A stretch of 64,000 bases of DNA from positions 65,253 to 129,252 of the forward strand of contig JAKLKQ010000007.1 in NCBI GenBank assembly GCA_023150555.1, in the 5' to 3' direction. The DNA is from Planctomycetota bacterium (GTDB taxonomy: Bacteria; Planctomycetota; SZUA-567; H5-PLA8). The notes below the pieces were generated by a model. The model was not told where the DNA came from, searched no databases, and saw nothing but the letters and a program-made list of their open reading frames with translations. Positions 8,709 through 17,944 of this stretch are shown one piece after another; the first letter of the stretch is position 1, and each line of letters starts with the position of its first letter. The position numbers and the translations under genes were made by a program.

Positions 8709-9374
8709 ATGGCCAAAGCAACCAAATCCAAGCCCAAGAAGAAGCCCGCGACCAAAAAGAAGGCTTCCGCCAGCAACGCGAAGGCCAAGAAAGTCACCGG
8801 CAAAGCCAAGCCGCCAGCCAAGGGAAAACCCACGGGCGGCGCGCGCAAGAGTTCCGCGTCGGCCAGCCGCGTCGAGGAGGCCGTCAAGCCGCGCAAGGAG
8901 ATCCTGCTTGACGACGACCAGATCGAGAGCCTGCCGCCGCCGGAGAAGCTCAAGCCCCTGTTCACCAAGCAGGAGTTGGACGAGATCCGCCAGCAGCTCC
9001 TGGGGGTCCTGGGACGCCTGCGCAACGACATCGAACAGGAAGTGAAGGGCGCCGGCCAGCGCGACCTGGCGCACATCAAGGAAGACTCGGACATCGCCAG
9101 CGACGCGGCCGAAGGCGACCTGGCCCTGCGCCTGGCCGAAAGCGAAGGCGTCGAGGCCGCCGAAGTCGAGCGCGCCATCGAGAAGATCGACGAAGGCTCC
9201 TACGGCTACTGCGACGTCACTGGCAAGCCGATCAACAAGGAGCGCTTGAAGTTCCTGCCCTGGGCCATCCGCAGCGTCGAGGCGCAGGAGCGCTACGAAC
9301 TGCGCAAGAAGCTGGGCGAAGACGAGGACCTGGACGACCTGGACGTCGACGACACCGGCGGCGAAGAGGAATAA
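8709..9374 (+). CDS. DksA/TraR-family transcription factor with Lys/Ala-rich histone-H1-like N-terminal tail
   Basis: The C-terminus YGYCDVTGKPINKERLKFLPWAIRSVEAQ is a DksA C4-finger region with only one Cys retained. The first ~60 aa are MAKATKSKPKKKPATKKKASASNAKAKKVTGKAKPPAKGKP. A coiled-coil lies between them. Confidence 0.7.
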   Translation: MAKATKSKPKKKPATKKKASASNAKAKKVTGKAKPPAKGKPTGGARKSSASASRVEEAVKPRKEILLDDDQIESLPPPEKLKPLFTKQELDEIRQQLLGVLGRLRNDIEQEVKGAGQRDLAHIKEDSDIASDAAEGDLALRLAESEGVEAAEVERAIEKIDEGSYGYCDVTGKPINKERLKFLPWAIRSVEAQERYELRKKLGEDEDLDDLDVDDTGGEEE

Positions 9375-9412
9375 GCGCCCGCCCCAACCGCAATCCTACA
9401 CGCAACAAAAAA

Positions 9413-9438
9413 CCCATCGCGCAGGCGATGGGTTTTTT
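9413..9438. terminator. bidirectional rho-independent terminator between convergent genes
   Basis: The sequence cccatcgc-gcag-gcgatggg is flanked by A6 upstream and T6 downstream, between the 8709..9374 (+) and 9472..10989 (-) genes. Confidence 0.8.
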
Positions 9439-9471
9439 ATTGTTCGCTCTTGCGCTCTTCGGACGTCGCGT

Positions 9472-10989
9472 TTACTCGGGCTGGATGTCTCCACCGCCGC
9501 CGCCGGGCGCGGGCGCCGCGCCGCCGCCGGGCGCGGGCGCCGCACCGCCGCCGGCATCGGGCGCCGCGCCGCCGCCGGCATCGGGCGCCGGGGCCGGGGC
9601 TTCGCCCTTCTTCACGGGAGCAACCGGTGCGGCGGGGGCCTCTTCCTTCTTCTTGACCGGGCCGGCGTTGCCGGTGATCTCGCGGAAGCTCAGCAGGCGG
9701 TTGTCCTCGGTGACCGCGTAGACGCGCAGCGCGCCGCCCTTGCTCTTCCAGGGGTTGTGGTATTGCAGGTAGAAGCTGACGCCGCTCTCCGCGCCGGTCT
9801 GCCAGCGCACCTTGCCGGTGGCCTTCTCGACGACGGCGATGTTCTTGTAGCCCGGGAAGTCCTTGAACGCGCCCAGCCCCATGACCACGTCGTTCTCGCT
9901 GGCGCCGGCGACGCCGTCGGCGGGCAGCTTCCACGCCAACGAGAAGCTCTCGACGCGCTCGGCCGAGCGGTTCGGATCGACCTGCGGGCGAATGATCTTC
10001 AGCGCGTGGACGCCGTCGTCCTTGGTCGGCACGAAGACGTAGGTGTCCAGGCTCGGCTCGTCGGCGAAGATCTTGCCCACCGGTGTGTTGCCGGCGGCGT
10101 AGGACCACTTGCGGCGCAGGGTCAGGCGGTCCAGCGCATACAGGGAGAAGTCGTGCGCGCCGACGTAGAGGTTGTCCTCATCGGAGCTCAGATGCGAGCT
10201 GGGCAGGTCCTGCAGCAGGTAGGGGTTGCGCCCTTCTCCGTCCCGCGTGTAGGCGTAGACGCGGTGGTCGTCGGAGGCGAAATAAATCAGGTCGTCGACG
10301 AGCACCAGCGGCGTGACGATCTTGCCGCGCGACGGAAGCGTGCGGTGCCAGGTCTTCTCCAGCTCGAACTGCGGCGCGACTAGGCCCGGCGCGTAGCTGG
10401 CCATGCGCACGCGCACGGTCATCGCCTGCAGGCGGCCGTGCCAGCTGCCGACGTACACCTGTTCCTGGTTCACCCAATCCTTCGTGTAGTTCTGCGGGTA
10501 GACCTCGGGGTCCACCACCAGCGGCGCGCCGCTCATCACGAAGTCCGGCTCCAGGCGCCAGCGGATGCGCCCTTCGCGCCGGTCGACGGCCACCAGCCAG
10601 TTCTTGACGTTCACGACGATGTTGTTGCGCGAGACCAACGGCGTGTAGCGGATATCGTCTTCCAGTTCCACGCGCCACAACTCGGTGCCGTCGCTGCGAC
10701 GCACCGCGATCAGGTTGTGCAGGTCGGTCTCGAGCAGGATCACTTCGGCGCTGACCCAGCCGCGGACCATCCGGCCCGCCTGAGGCCCGACGATGGGGCT
10801 GTACCATTCCAGGTCCAGCTTCAGGTCCGCGGGCTTGATCACGCGCCGGCCCTCGAACTCGGCAGAGGCGAGGACCTGTTGCTCCTTCTCTACCGCCCGG
10901 GCCCGCCCGGCCGCCGCCACGCACAGCAGGCACAGCGCCGCCAGCACCAAGCCCCGTTCCCGCCGTGCCGAACCGCCGTAGCGCATCAT
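9472..10989 (-). CDS. PQQ-like beta-propeller repeat protein (BamB-like), secreted, with Pro/Ala/Gly low-complexity C-terminal tail
   Basis: There is a signal peptide (LVLAALCLLCVAAAGRARA) and repeated ...LIYFASDDHRVYAY.../...WR.E... propeller motifs. The C-terminus is PAAPVAPVKKGEAPAPAPDAGGGAAPDAGGGAAPAPGGGAAPAPGGGGG. Confidence 0.7.
   Translation of the reverse strand: MMRYGGSARRERGLVLAALCLLCVAAAGRARAVEKEQQVLASAEFEGRRVIKPADLKLDLEWYSPIVGPQAGRMVRGWVSAEVILLETDLHNLIAVRRSDGTELWRVELEDDIRYTPLVSRNNIVVNVKNWLVAVDRREGRIRWRLEPDFVMSGAPLVVDPEVYPQNYTKDWVNQEQVYVGSWHGRLQAMTVRVRMASYAPGLVAPQFELEKTWHRTLPSRGKIVTPLVLVDDLIYFASDDHRVYAYTRDGEGRNPYLLQDLPSSHLSSDEDNLYVGAHDFSLYALDRLTLRRKWSYAAGNTPVGKIFADEPSLDTYVFVPTKDDGVHALKIIRPQVDPNRSAERVESFSLAWKLPADGVAGASENDVVMGLGAFKDFPGYKNIAVVEKATGKVRWQTGAESGVSFYLQYHNPWKSKGGALRVYAVTEDNRLLSFREITGNAGPVKKKEEAPAAPVAPVKKGEAPAPAPDAGGGAAPDAGGGAAPAPGGGAAPAPGGGGGDIQPE
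9478..9600. repeat. imperfect ~24-30 bp tandem repeats (GC-rich) encoding the PAAP/GGGAAP tail
   Basis: gccgccgccgggcgcgggcgccgcg and ccgccgccggcatcgggcgccgcg units occur twice each. Confidence 0.6.
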
Positions 10990-11072
10990 GGTCCGCTCCT
11001 TACCTCTTCATCCCCGGTGTTCGGACGAACCCAATCCGTCCGAACTCGAATCCGTCACCCCAGCCGATTCCG

Positions 11073-11378
11073 TTACGTGCCAGGCGCGCTCTTTAGCCAC
11101 GCGGCCAGATCCACGCCGCGGGCCTGCTCGTACGCCCGCATCCGCTCGATCGCCGCCACGTCCCGCGCGATCGTCTGCGAGAGCTTGTAGACGTACGGCT
11201 TCCCGTCCAGCCGCGCGCGCAGGTCCGCCAGCACCCGGTCCCAGGAGCCCTCGTACAGCGTCTCCCGCACCTGCACCAGCACCCGCTCGTACGCTTCCAA
11301 GCTTTCCCAATACGCGTCGGGCGACAGCTTCAAAGCCGGGTCCGTTGGACTGGGCGTGCCGCCGCCCGCGTCGCTCAA
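11073..11378 (-). CDS. hypothetical protein (101 aa)
   Basis: The ORF has balanced composition (DAYWESLEAYERVLVQVRETLYEGSWDRVLADLRARL...). The alternative + frame ORF 10988..11383 is Pro/Arg-rich and looks spurious. Confidence 0.3.
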   Translation of the reverse strand: MSDAGGGTPSPTDPALKLSPDAYWESLEAYERVLVQVRETLYEGSWDRVLADLRARLDGKPYVYKLSQTIARDVAAIERMRAYEQARGVDLAAWLKSAPGT

Positions 11379-11440
11379 TGTGACTCTCCGCTTTTTCGCT
11401 CTAAGCCAAGGCTACGATTGTAGTAACGGGAAGCTTCCTG

Positions 11441-12514
11441 TCAACCGGGTGAAATCTGCTTATGGCCGCCCGGGTCAGGCGGTTCCGGCCCCGGCCCGGC
11501 GGCCCGTTTCGCGTCCTGCTGGCCCTCCCAGACCACCAGCCCCAGGCCGCAAAGGATCAAGCCGCCGCCGCCCAACAGCGCCAGCCGCGCCGCCTCGAAG
11601 CCCAGCCAGATCGAGAAAGCCGACGCGAAGATCGGCTCCAGGCAGTAGATCACTCCCGCCTTCGCCGGCGTGACGAACGGCTGGTACTTGTTCATCAGGT
11701 GGAAGCTGCCCACCGAACAGAAGACGATCGTCGTCGCGACGGTCCACTGGATCGTCCAGTCCCCGGACATGCGACCCAGGGCGTCCGCCGCGAACAACGC
11801 GCCGAAGCCGTCGAAGAACGGCGCCAGCGCCAGGTTCACGCCGCCCGTGGCCAGGAACATCATCACCGTCAGGCGCTGCGTGTCGCTGCGCCGCCCGTAG
11901 CGGTCCACCAGCATGATCTGCGCGGTGAAGATAAGCGCCGCGCCCACCGTGAGCAGTTCGCCGAAGTACGGGAACGGCGCCGCCGCGACGTCCGCCGCCG
12001 AGGCCCCGCTGGAACTCAGCGCCACGCTGCCGCTCAGCGCCAGGGCCACCGCGATCCACGTCATCCGGCCCGGCATGCGCCGCAGCACCAGCGCCTGCGC
12101 CACCGGGAGGAAGACGACCACCAGCGAGGTCAGAAAGCCCGACGTCGAAGGATGCACGTACCGCAGGCCGACCAGCTGCAGCAGCATCCCCAGCCCCAGC
12201 GAGATGCCGATCAGCGTTCCGCCCAGGACCTCGTCGCGCGAGAAGCCGCGCATCGAGCGCCACGCCACCAGCGCGTACAGCAGCGCCGCCGCCAGAAAAC
12301 GCACGCCCATGTATGCCGCGCGCACCGCCAGCTCGCCGGCCTGCGGCGCGTATTCCTCGATGCGCATCGTCCCCACCTTCATCGCCGGGAACGACCAGCC
12401 CCAGAAGACGTTCGTCACCACCAGCGCGAGGATCGCCACGCGCACCGCACGCATCGCGCGCACGGAATCGCCGCTGGACGGCAGGGCCGGTGTGGAAGCG
12501 TCGAGCATCCGCAC
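11441..12514 (-). CDS. EamA/DMT-family transporter
   Basis: 357 aa with about ten hydrophobic helices in two EamA-like halves. The overlapping frames (11462..12727 +, 11475..12617 -) are Arg/Gly-rich artefacts. Confidence 0.75.
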   Translation of the reverse strand: MRMLDASTPALPSSGDSVRAMRAVRVAILALVVTNVFWGWSFPAMKVGTMRIEEYAPQAGELAVRAAYMGVRFLAAALLYALVAWRSMRGFSRDEVLGGTLIGISLGLGMLLQLVGLRYVHPSTSGFLTSLVVVFLPVAQALVLRRMPGRMTWIAVALALSGSVALSSSGASAADVAAAPFPYFGELLTVGAALIFTAQIMLVDRYGRRSDTQRLTVMMFLATGGVNLALAPFFDGFGALFAADALGRMSGDWTIQWTVATTIVFCSVGSFHLMNKYQPFVTPAKAGVIYCLEPIFASAFSIWLGFEAARLALLGGGGLILCGLGLVVWEGQQDAKRAAGPGPEPPDPGGHKQISPG

Positions 12515-12675
12515 ATCCTATCCCGCGGCCACGGCACTGTCGAAGGGTCCCTTCTGGACTCGACCGCGGAAGAGCGCGCGCTATCTTTCTTCGGACCCGG
12601 CGAAACGGCTGTTCCAAATTGCGAAACGCCTGTCCCCGGGCGTACCGCTTCTTTGCTCAGGAAAAGGAGTCTTCC

Positions 12676-13539
12676 ATGCGACTGGTCAGCTACGGCCCGC
12701 CCGGACAGGAGCGCCTCGGGGCGCTGATCGACGGCGGCAAGAAGATCGTGGACCTCAACCGCGCCAAGCCCGACCTACCCTCGGGGATGCTGGCCTTCCT
12801 GCAGGGGGATTTTTGGGCAAGCGCCAGGGCCCTGCTGGCCGATACCTCCCGTATTGGGCCGCAAGCCGTCGTCGAGCGGGCCGCGGTGCGCTTGGGCGCG
12901 CCGGTGCCCCGCCCGGGGCTGATCGTCTGCGTGGGGTTGAACTACAAGGACCACGCGGACGAGCAGGGCGTCGAGTACCCCAAGGCGCCGCTGCTGTTCA
13001 GCAAAGCGCCCGGCGCGGCGTGCGGGCCCAACGACGACGTGGTCTATCCGGACGTCGTCGAGAAGCTCGATTACGAAGTGGAACTCGGCGTTGTCATCGG
13101 CAAGACGGCGAAGAAGGTGGCAGCCAACCGCGCGAAGGACGTGATCGCCGGCTACTGCACCTTCAACGACGTCTCGGCCCGCTGCGCGCAGTTCGGGGAC
13201 AAGCAATGGTTCCGCGGGAAGTCCTTCGACACCTTCGCCCCCTTCGGGCCCGCGCTGGTGACGGCCGACGAAGTTCCCGATCCGCAGAACCTGCGCCTGA
13301 CCTGCAAGGTCAACGGCGAGACGCGGCAGGACGGCCACACGAGCAAGATGATTCACGACGTGGCGCACATCGTCGAGTACGTCACGAGGGGCCATACGCT
13401 GCAGCCGGGCGACGTGATCGCCACCGGTACGCCGTCGGGCGTGGGTGTCTTCTTCGACCCGCCGAAACTCCTGAAGCGCGGCGACACGGTGGAGCTGAGC
13501 GTCGAGGGGCTGGGCACCGTCATAAACCGGATCGTCTGA
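12676..13539 (+). CDS. fumarylacetoacetate hydrolase (FAH) family protein
   Basis: ATG at 12676 is preceded by the RBS aaaggag. MRLVSYG...GLNYKDHADE...KLDYEVELGVVIGK...FNDVSARCAQF...GDVIATGTPSGVG is the FAH-fold signature. Confidence 0.85.
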   Translation: MRLVSYGPPGQERLGALIDGGKKIVDLNRAKPDLPSGMLAFLQGDFWASARALLADTSRIGPQAVVERAAVRLGAPVPRPGLIVCVGLNYKDHADEQGVEYPKAPLLFSKAPGAACGPNDDVVYPDVVEKLDYEVELGVVIGKTAKKVAANRAKDVIAGYCTFNDVSARCAQFGDKQWFRGKSFDTFAPFGPALVTADEVPDPQNLRLTCKVNGETRQDGHTSKMIHDVAHIVEYVTRGHTLQPGDVIATGTPSGVGVFFDPPKLLKRGDTVELSVEGLGTVINRIV

Positions 13540-13598
13540 GCAAGAGCGGCTGCGCCCGCGCTTGCCCGCGTTCCACGGCAAGCAAGGGGGTAGCCTCC

Positions 13599-14501
13599 AT
13601 GCGTCTTTCCCTGTTCCGCTTCGGCGCCATCGCCGCGGCCCTGCCGCTGCTGCTGGCGTCCTGGGGCTGCAAAGACAACCGGCAGGCCGCCGCCGGCGAC
13701 CAGTACTTCGGTGCCAAGCCTCCCGCCCCGCCGCCGGCGAACTACACCGCCAAGCGCTACAGCGACACCATCACCGTCTTCACGCCGATGTCCGACGAGG
13801 CCATGGAGCGCTACACGTCGGGCAGGATGAGCAACCTGGGAAGCAACCAGTACCCCGAGGAACCGCGCGCGACCTTCCCGCCGCCCGAACTGGACCTCCG
13901 TCCGCCCGCGGCGCCGCCCGCGCACGCGGCCGCCGGCGGCGACCCGGCCTGGAACGTGCCCCTGACCCGCACCTGGTCGAGCATCGTCATCCACCATTCG
14001 GCCAGCGACCGCGGCAGCGCCTCCATCTTCCACAAGTGGCACCTGCAGCGCGGCTGGGAGAACGGCCTGGGCTACGACTTCGTCATTGGCAACGGCTCCG
14101 ACAGCGGCGACGGCGAAGTCGAGGTCGGCCCGCGCTGGAAGAAGCAGATCGACGGCGCCCACGCCGGCAACGACCACTACAACCAGCACGGCATCGGCAT
14201 CTGCCTGGTCGGCAACTTCGACCACGAACGTCCCAGCGCGCGGCAGATGGCCAGCCTCGAGCGCCTGGTGCGCTTCCTGCAGGCCAAGTGCGGCATCCCG
14301 GCCAGCCGCGTCATTGGCCACGACGACGTCCCGGGCAAAGACACCCACTGCCCCGGCGCGCACTTCGACCTCGCCGGCTTCCGCGCGCGCCTGGGCGGAA
14401 GCCCTTCGTCCGCCTACGTCCCGCCCGTCACCACCGCCAGCACCGCCAGCACCGGCAAGAAGAGCGCCGTGAAAGCGAACTCGGTGATGTCGGTGCCGTA
14501 A
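13599..14501 (+). CDS. N-acetylmuramoyl-L-alanine amidase (amidase_2/PGRP fold) lipoprotein
   Basis: RBS aagggggtag-ATG. There is a lipoprotein signal ...LLLASWGC, and IVIHHSASDRG...GYDFVIGNG...DGAHAGN...GIGICLVGNF...IGHDDV...THCPG matches the amidase_2 family. Confidence 0.8.
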   Translation: MRLSLFRFGAIAAALPLLLASWGCKDNRQAAAGDQYFGAKPPAPPPANYTAKRYSDTITVFTPMSDEAMERYTSGRMSNLGSNQYPEEPRATFPPPELDLRPPAAPPAHAAAGGDPAWNVPLTRTWSSIVIHHSASDRGSASIFHKWHLQRGWENGLGYDFVIGNGSDSGDGEVEVGPRWKKQIDGAHAGNDHYNQHGIGICLVGNFDHERPSARQMASLERLVRFLQAKCGIPASRVIGHDDVPGKDTHCPGAHFDLAGFRARLGGSPSSAYVPPVTTASTASTGKKSAVKANSVMSVP

Positions 14502-14540
14502 CGGCAGCAGTCAACTTTAAGCTGTCAGCGATCAGCTAAA

Positions 14541-14571
14541 AGCGCCCGCGGAAACGCGGGCGCTTTTTTTA
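14541..14571 (+). terminator. rho-independent terminator after the amidase gene
   Basis: Stem agcgcccgcg, loop gaaa, stem cgcgggcgct, then T7. Confidence 0.85.
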
Positions 14572-14804
14572 TCGGGTGGTCGGGCGAGCGGGTGATCCGG
14601 CGATTGAGAAAATCTTTAACCGGGAAGCGCGCAGACGTGAAGCAAACCGTCTCCACTTTCGCCCAATCCTAGAGGCGTCCCATAGGGACGCCGTGAAAGT
14701 AGCCCAGCACTTCAGTGCTGGGTTCCCGGCCAGCAGCCCTTGAAGTCCCGTTGGGACGACTGAAAGCGCATGGACGGCGGGCGCAAAACAGCGGGTGAAG
14801 ACCG

Positions 14805-15326
14805 CTATGGGTTGGTCGCGTCTGGCGGCGTTGGTGCCGATGTTTCCTGACCCATAAAGGCCTGGAATAGCTCATCCATATCGTCCGACGAGAGTGCAAA
14901 CTTCCGTGCCGCACACCACGCGCTCATTCGGGAAAAGTGGGCGTCGTTCCAGACGCTCGGGTCTCCATTCGCGTCACGGCCGGTGATGGAACCGCCGTAC
15001 CACGAATAGACATTGTTTCCCACGTAGAAAAATCCCCAGGGTTTTCCGCCCGGATTGTGATCGAGAAATTTTGGCTTTGAATTCAACACCGCAATGAATT
15101 CCTGCGCCTCCTGCCCGGCCAGATGGTAGGTCAGGTCGGCGGACATAGTGAAAAATACGTGCTCGCCGCCATTTGCCTTTAGCCTGGCATTCTCTTCCTG
15201 AAGGCGACGGCACTCCTGGTTAGCCAGGAAAAGACCGACGGCCAGACCCACAACCAGACATATCAGGATCAGTGTCGAGAGCCGGAACTGGATCTTCTGC
15301 CGGCCGGCGGGCACCGCATCGTCCAT
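14805..15326 (-). CDS. hypothetical membrane-anchored protein in a lower-GC segment
   Basis: 173 aa with an N-terminal TM (LSTLILICLVVGLAVGLFLA). The local GC is clearly lower than the flanks. Confidence 0.35.
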   Translation of the reverse strand: MDDAVPAGRQKIQFRLSTLILICLVVGLAVGLFLANQECRRLQEENARLKANGGEHVFFTMSADLTYHLAGQEAQEFIAVLNSKPKFLDHNPGGKPWGFFYVGNNVYSWYGGSITGRDANGDPSVWNDAHFSRMSAWCAARKFALSSDDMDELFQAFMGQETSAPTPPDATNP

Positions 15327-15444
15327 CGCATTTGGCTCCAGAATATTGAAAGTATTCGCGAAAGGTATAGCCTGCTCGGCCGCTGAAGTCGATAGGTGAA
15401 CGCGGCCAACCCAAAATCCAAAACCTAAAATCCAAAATCGGGCG

Positions 15445-16686
15445 TCAGCCGCCTAACTCAATACACCGCTTCCGGTAGTACTCGTAGTTCGCGAGGCTCA
15501 CTTCCGCCGGCACGCCGTGGTCGCAGGTGGGGATGTACCCGCCGCGCGCGCGCATGGCGGGGAGGATGTACTCGAGGTGCCGGTCGATTGCCGCCGGTCC
15601 TGCGGCGAGCACGCGCTTGTCGATGCCGCCGGAGATCGTCAGCCACGGAAAGCGCGCGCCGATCTTCACCACGTCGCTGCCCGAAGCCACTTCGAAGGGG
15701 CTCATCACGTCCATGCCGACGGTCTCGCGGTACAGCTCGATCACCGTCTCGGCGTTGCCGTCGGTGTCGATCTGCACGAAGAGGTGGCGGCGCGCATCGA
15801 GTTGCCGCGCCTTCACGCGCGCGAGCAACTCCTGGTAGTACGGCACCAGGAACTCGCGGATCATCGCCGGCGAGATCAGCGGGCCCTTGTTGTAGCAGAT
15901 GTCCTCGGCGAAGAAGACCTCGTCCAGCGTCACGTGCCGCTGGTGCCGCGCGGTCACCGCGTCGGCGAGGTCCAGCCACGCCTGCATGCACGCGTGGATC
16001 AACTCGGGCTGGTCCACGAACGCATACAGCACCTGCTCGGGCCCGATCAGGCTGCGCAGGTACATGTAGCCGCCGACGACGCGCTGCACGATCATCTTGC
16101 CCTGAGCGGCGGCGGCCTTCGCCGCGTCAACGCGCGCGTCCAGATCCGCATAGCGTTCGGGGCTCGCCGGATCCATGCGCCAGCGGATCTCGCGCTCCCA
16201 GCTCGCCAGGTCCTTCACCGGATGATCGAGGTACTCGGGCATGAAGCCGTTGCGGCGGTTCTTGAAGCAGAGCAGCTTGCGGCCGACGCGGTCGAGCACG
16301 ACTTCGTGCGCGCCGCGGTCTTCCAGCACCGCGGGCTCAAACTCGGGCACCAGCGCGGCCTCGCACCAGCCCAACCCGGCCAGGTCGTAGCGCGCGGGCG
16401 GATCGAAGCCGAAGCGCGCGGCGAAGTCGGCGCCTTCGGGCAGGCCCTGCGCCGCCCAGGCCTCGCGCGAGTAGAACCCGAACTCCTTGCGGTAGAGCGG
16501 CGCGCCCGGCACGACGCGGTAGGCGTCCCACAGCCGCCGGATGTGCGGCGCCATCTGCTCGTAGGGGATCGGCAGCGGGATCGCGCGGCGTTCGGCGAGC
16601 AGCGCGGCGGTATCCGCTTCGGCGGCGACGGTCGCAGGCATGAGAAAGTCCTCCGGAGCGGCGGCGCCGGCGCGGGGCCAAGACAA
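15445..16686 (-). CDS. uroporphyrinogen decarboxylase (URO-D)-family protein / MtaA-CmuA-like methyltransferase fold
   Basis: 413 aa. FGFYSREAW...MPEYLDHPVKDL...GGYMYLRSLIG...MDVMSPFE...TCDHGVPAEVSLANYEYY resembles the UroD/MtaA family. Confidence 0.6.
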   Translation of the reverse strand: MSWPRAGAAAPEDFLMPATVAAEADTAALLAERRAIPLPIPYEQMAPHIRRLWDAYRVVPGAPLYRKEFGFYSREAWAAQGLPEGADFAARFGFDPPARYDLAGLGWCEAALVPEFEPAVLEDRGAHEVVLDRVGRKLLCFKNRRNGFMPEYLDHPVKDLASWEREIRWRMDPASPERYADLDARVDAAKAAAAQGKMIVQRVVGGYMYLRSLIGPEQVLYAFVDQPELIHACMQAWLDLADAVTARHQRHVTLDEVFFAEDICYNKGPLISPAMIREFLVPYYQELLARVKARQLDARRHLFVQIDTDGNAETVIELYRETVGMDVMSPFEVASGSDVVKIGARFPWLTISGGIDKRVLAAGPAAIDRHLEYILPAMRARGGYIPTCDHGVPAEVSLANYEYYRKRCIELGG

Positions 16687-16829
16687 AATGCTTTGTCCCG
16701 TGCGCCGCGCGCGGCCTGCACTTCTCTCTTAGTTTCACCGCAAAATCGGGAAGGCCATGTACGCGGTGCCCGCTTTTGATGGACTTTTTGCTCTATCCCA
16801 CCGCGAGGCCTAACCAAACGCAAACGGAA

Positions 16830-16855
16830 TTAACCGCAGAGAGCGCAGAGGCCGC
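16830..16855. repeat. 26-nt dispersed repeat copy A (ttaaccgcagagagcgcagaggccgc)
   Basis: 25 of 26 positions are identical to the reverse complement of 20669..20694. Confidence 0.7.
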
Positions 16856-17025
16856 CGAGAAGGGTTCCTCGTTTCGGGTTTCTTGTTTCTGGTTTTGGCG
16901 GCGCGCAAGCGAACAGCGAACCCTGGAATTCTCCGTCGGGACAGAATTTCCCTTTAACGTTTCTCAGTCGCTAAGTCCGAACCAGAAACCAGGAACTTGA
17001 AACCAGAAACAATCCGTTTCTGATG

Positions 17026-17043
17026 CCTGAATCCTGATTCCTG
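17026..17043. repeat. short dispersed repeat family, copy 1 (cctgaatcctgattcctg)
   Basis: Related copies lie at 17448..17465 (inverted), 18443..18466 (inverted, extended) and 18528..18545 (direct, 1 mismatch). Confidence 0.6.
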
Positions 17044-17447
17044 CCGTCGCATCTTCCCTGCACTTCCGCTGCCAATTCATCGCTCGCTTGCCCTTCCAAT
17101 CCAAAATCGGCAATCTAATACCGACCCGCCTGTCCCGGGCCCCCGCCTATAGACACATCCATTGCAAGGGGCGCGGCCTGCCGCGGTGCGCTGCGCCGGA
17201 CCTTCCGGCGTAGCGCGCGGCGTCGTTCGCTAGACATGAACCGGCGTACGAATGGCCTTCGCTCTCCACGGCTTGCCGTTGCCCGCCGCGCCCCTCGCTC
17301 CGGACGCGAGGAACCCGGGACAGGCGGTACTGCGTACTGCATGGCTCCGGCAAACCACGGCGCGTGAGGCCTCGTCGGCCCATCGAACGACATCCTGCCG
17401 CGGGTACGTCTTAACTGCAGACGTCTTAACTGCAGGGGTTAGGGCTC

Positions 17448-17465
17448 AGGATTCAGGGATCAGGG
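17448..17465. repeat. short dispersed repeat family, copy 2 (caggattcagggatcagg)
   Basis: It is preceded by a 15-bp tandem duplication acgtcttaactgcag x2 at 17405..17434. Confidence 0.6.
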
Positions 17466-17944
17466 GTGGAGCGGCTACGCCGCCCCTTCTGGCACGGCCT
17501 ACCTACGCCGAGCCAGCCCTGAGGCCTGTTTCCTGCTTCCTAAAGCCTTCAGTTATTTGAACGACCATGGGTCGAAAAAATCCGCGTCGGGATCCCGCAA
17601 CTCCAGACATGGAAAGGAGTAGAAAATTTAATTTTTGCTTTTTAAAAGACATTAAAAGATATAACAAAGGTTGTGCCGCAAAGAGAATGTTGCCCGAAAA
17701 GCTGGCGCGCTCCCGATAGCGGCGGTCGGCTGCGGCTCACCCGCGGTACGGGCCTCTTGCGGACCCGGCAACCTCCGCGCCATGAAATTCCGCAGGCGGA
17801 ACTGGCCGGAGCTTCAACTCGTTCAGCGCAAATAGGTTATACCCTTCCATCCGGTCCGGATTCGGTGAAGACGGGAATGTCACGGCACGTCCTTCACATT
17901 ACAATTGGAGGAAGCCTTTAAACCCCTTTTCAGGAGGACGTCAG

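Noticed and set aside
11913-14501. 862-aa ORF
   Set aside because: Only the last 300 aa (from ATG 13599, with RBS) form the amidase. The upstream portion is antisense to the DMT transporter and out of frame with the FAH gene, with junk composition.
16700-17940. Small ORFs (16776..17000 +, 17115..17393 -, 17252..17560 +, 17673..17921 +)
   Set aside because: They have no RBS and Arg/Pro/Ser-rich or low-complexity products. The region is dominated by repeats and an AT-rich tract, and is better treated as non-coding until transcript data say otherwise.
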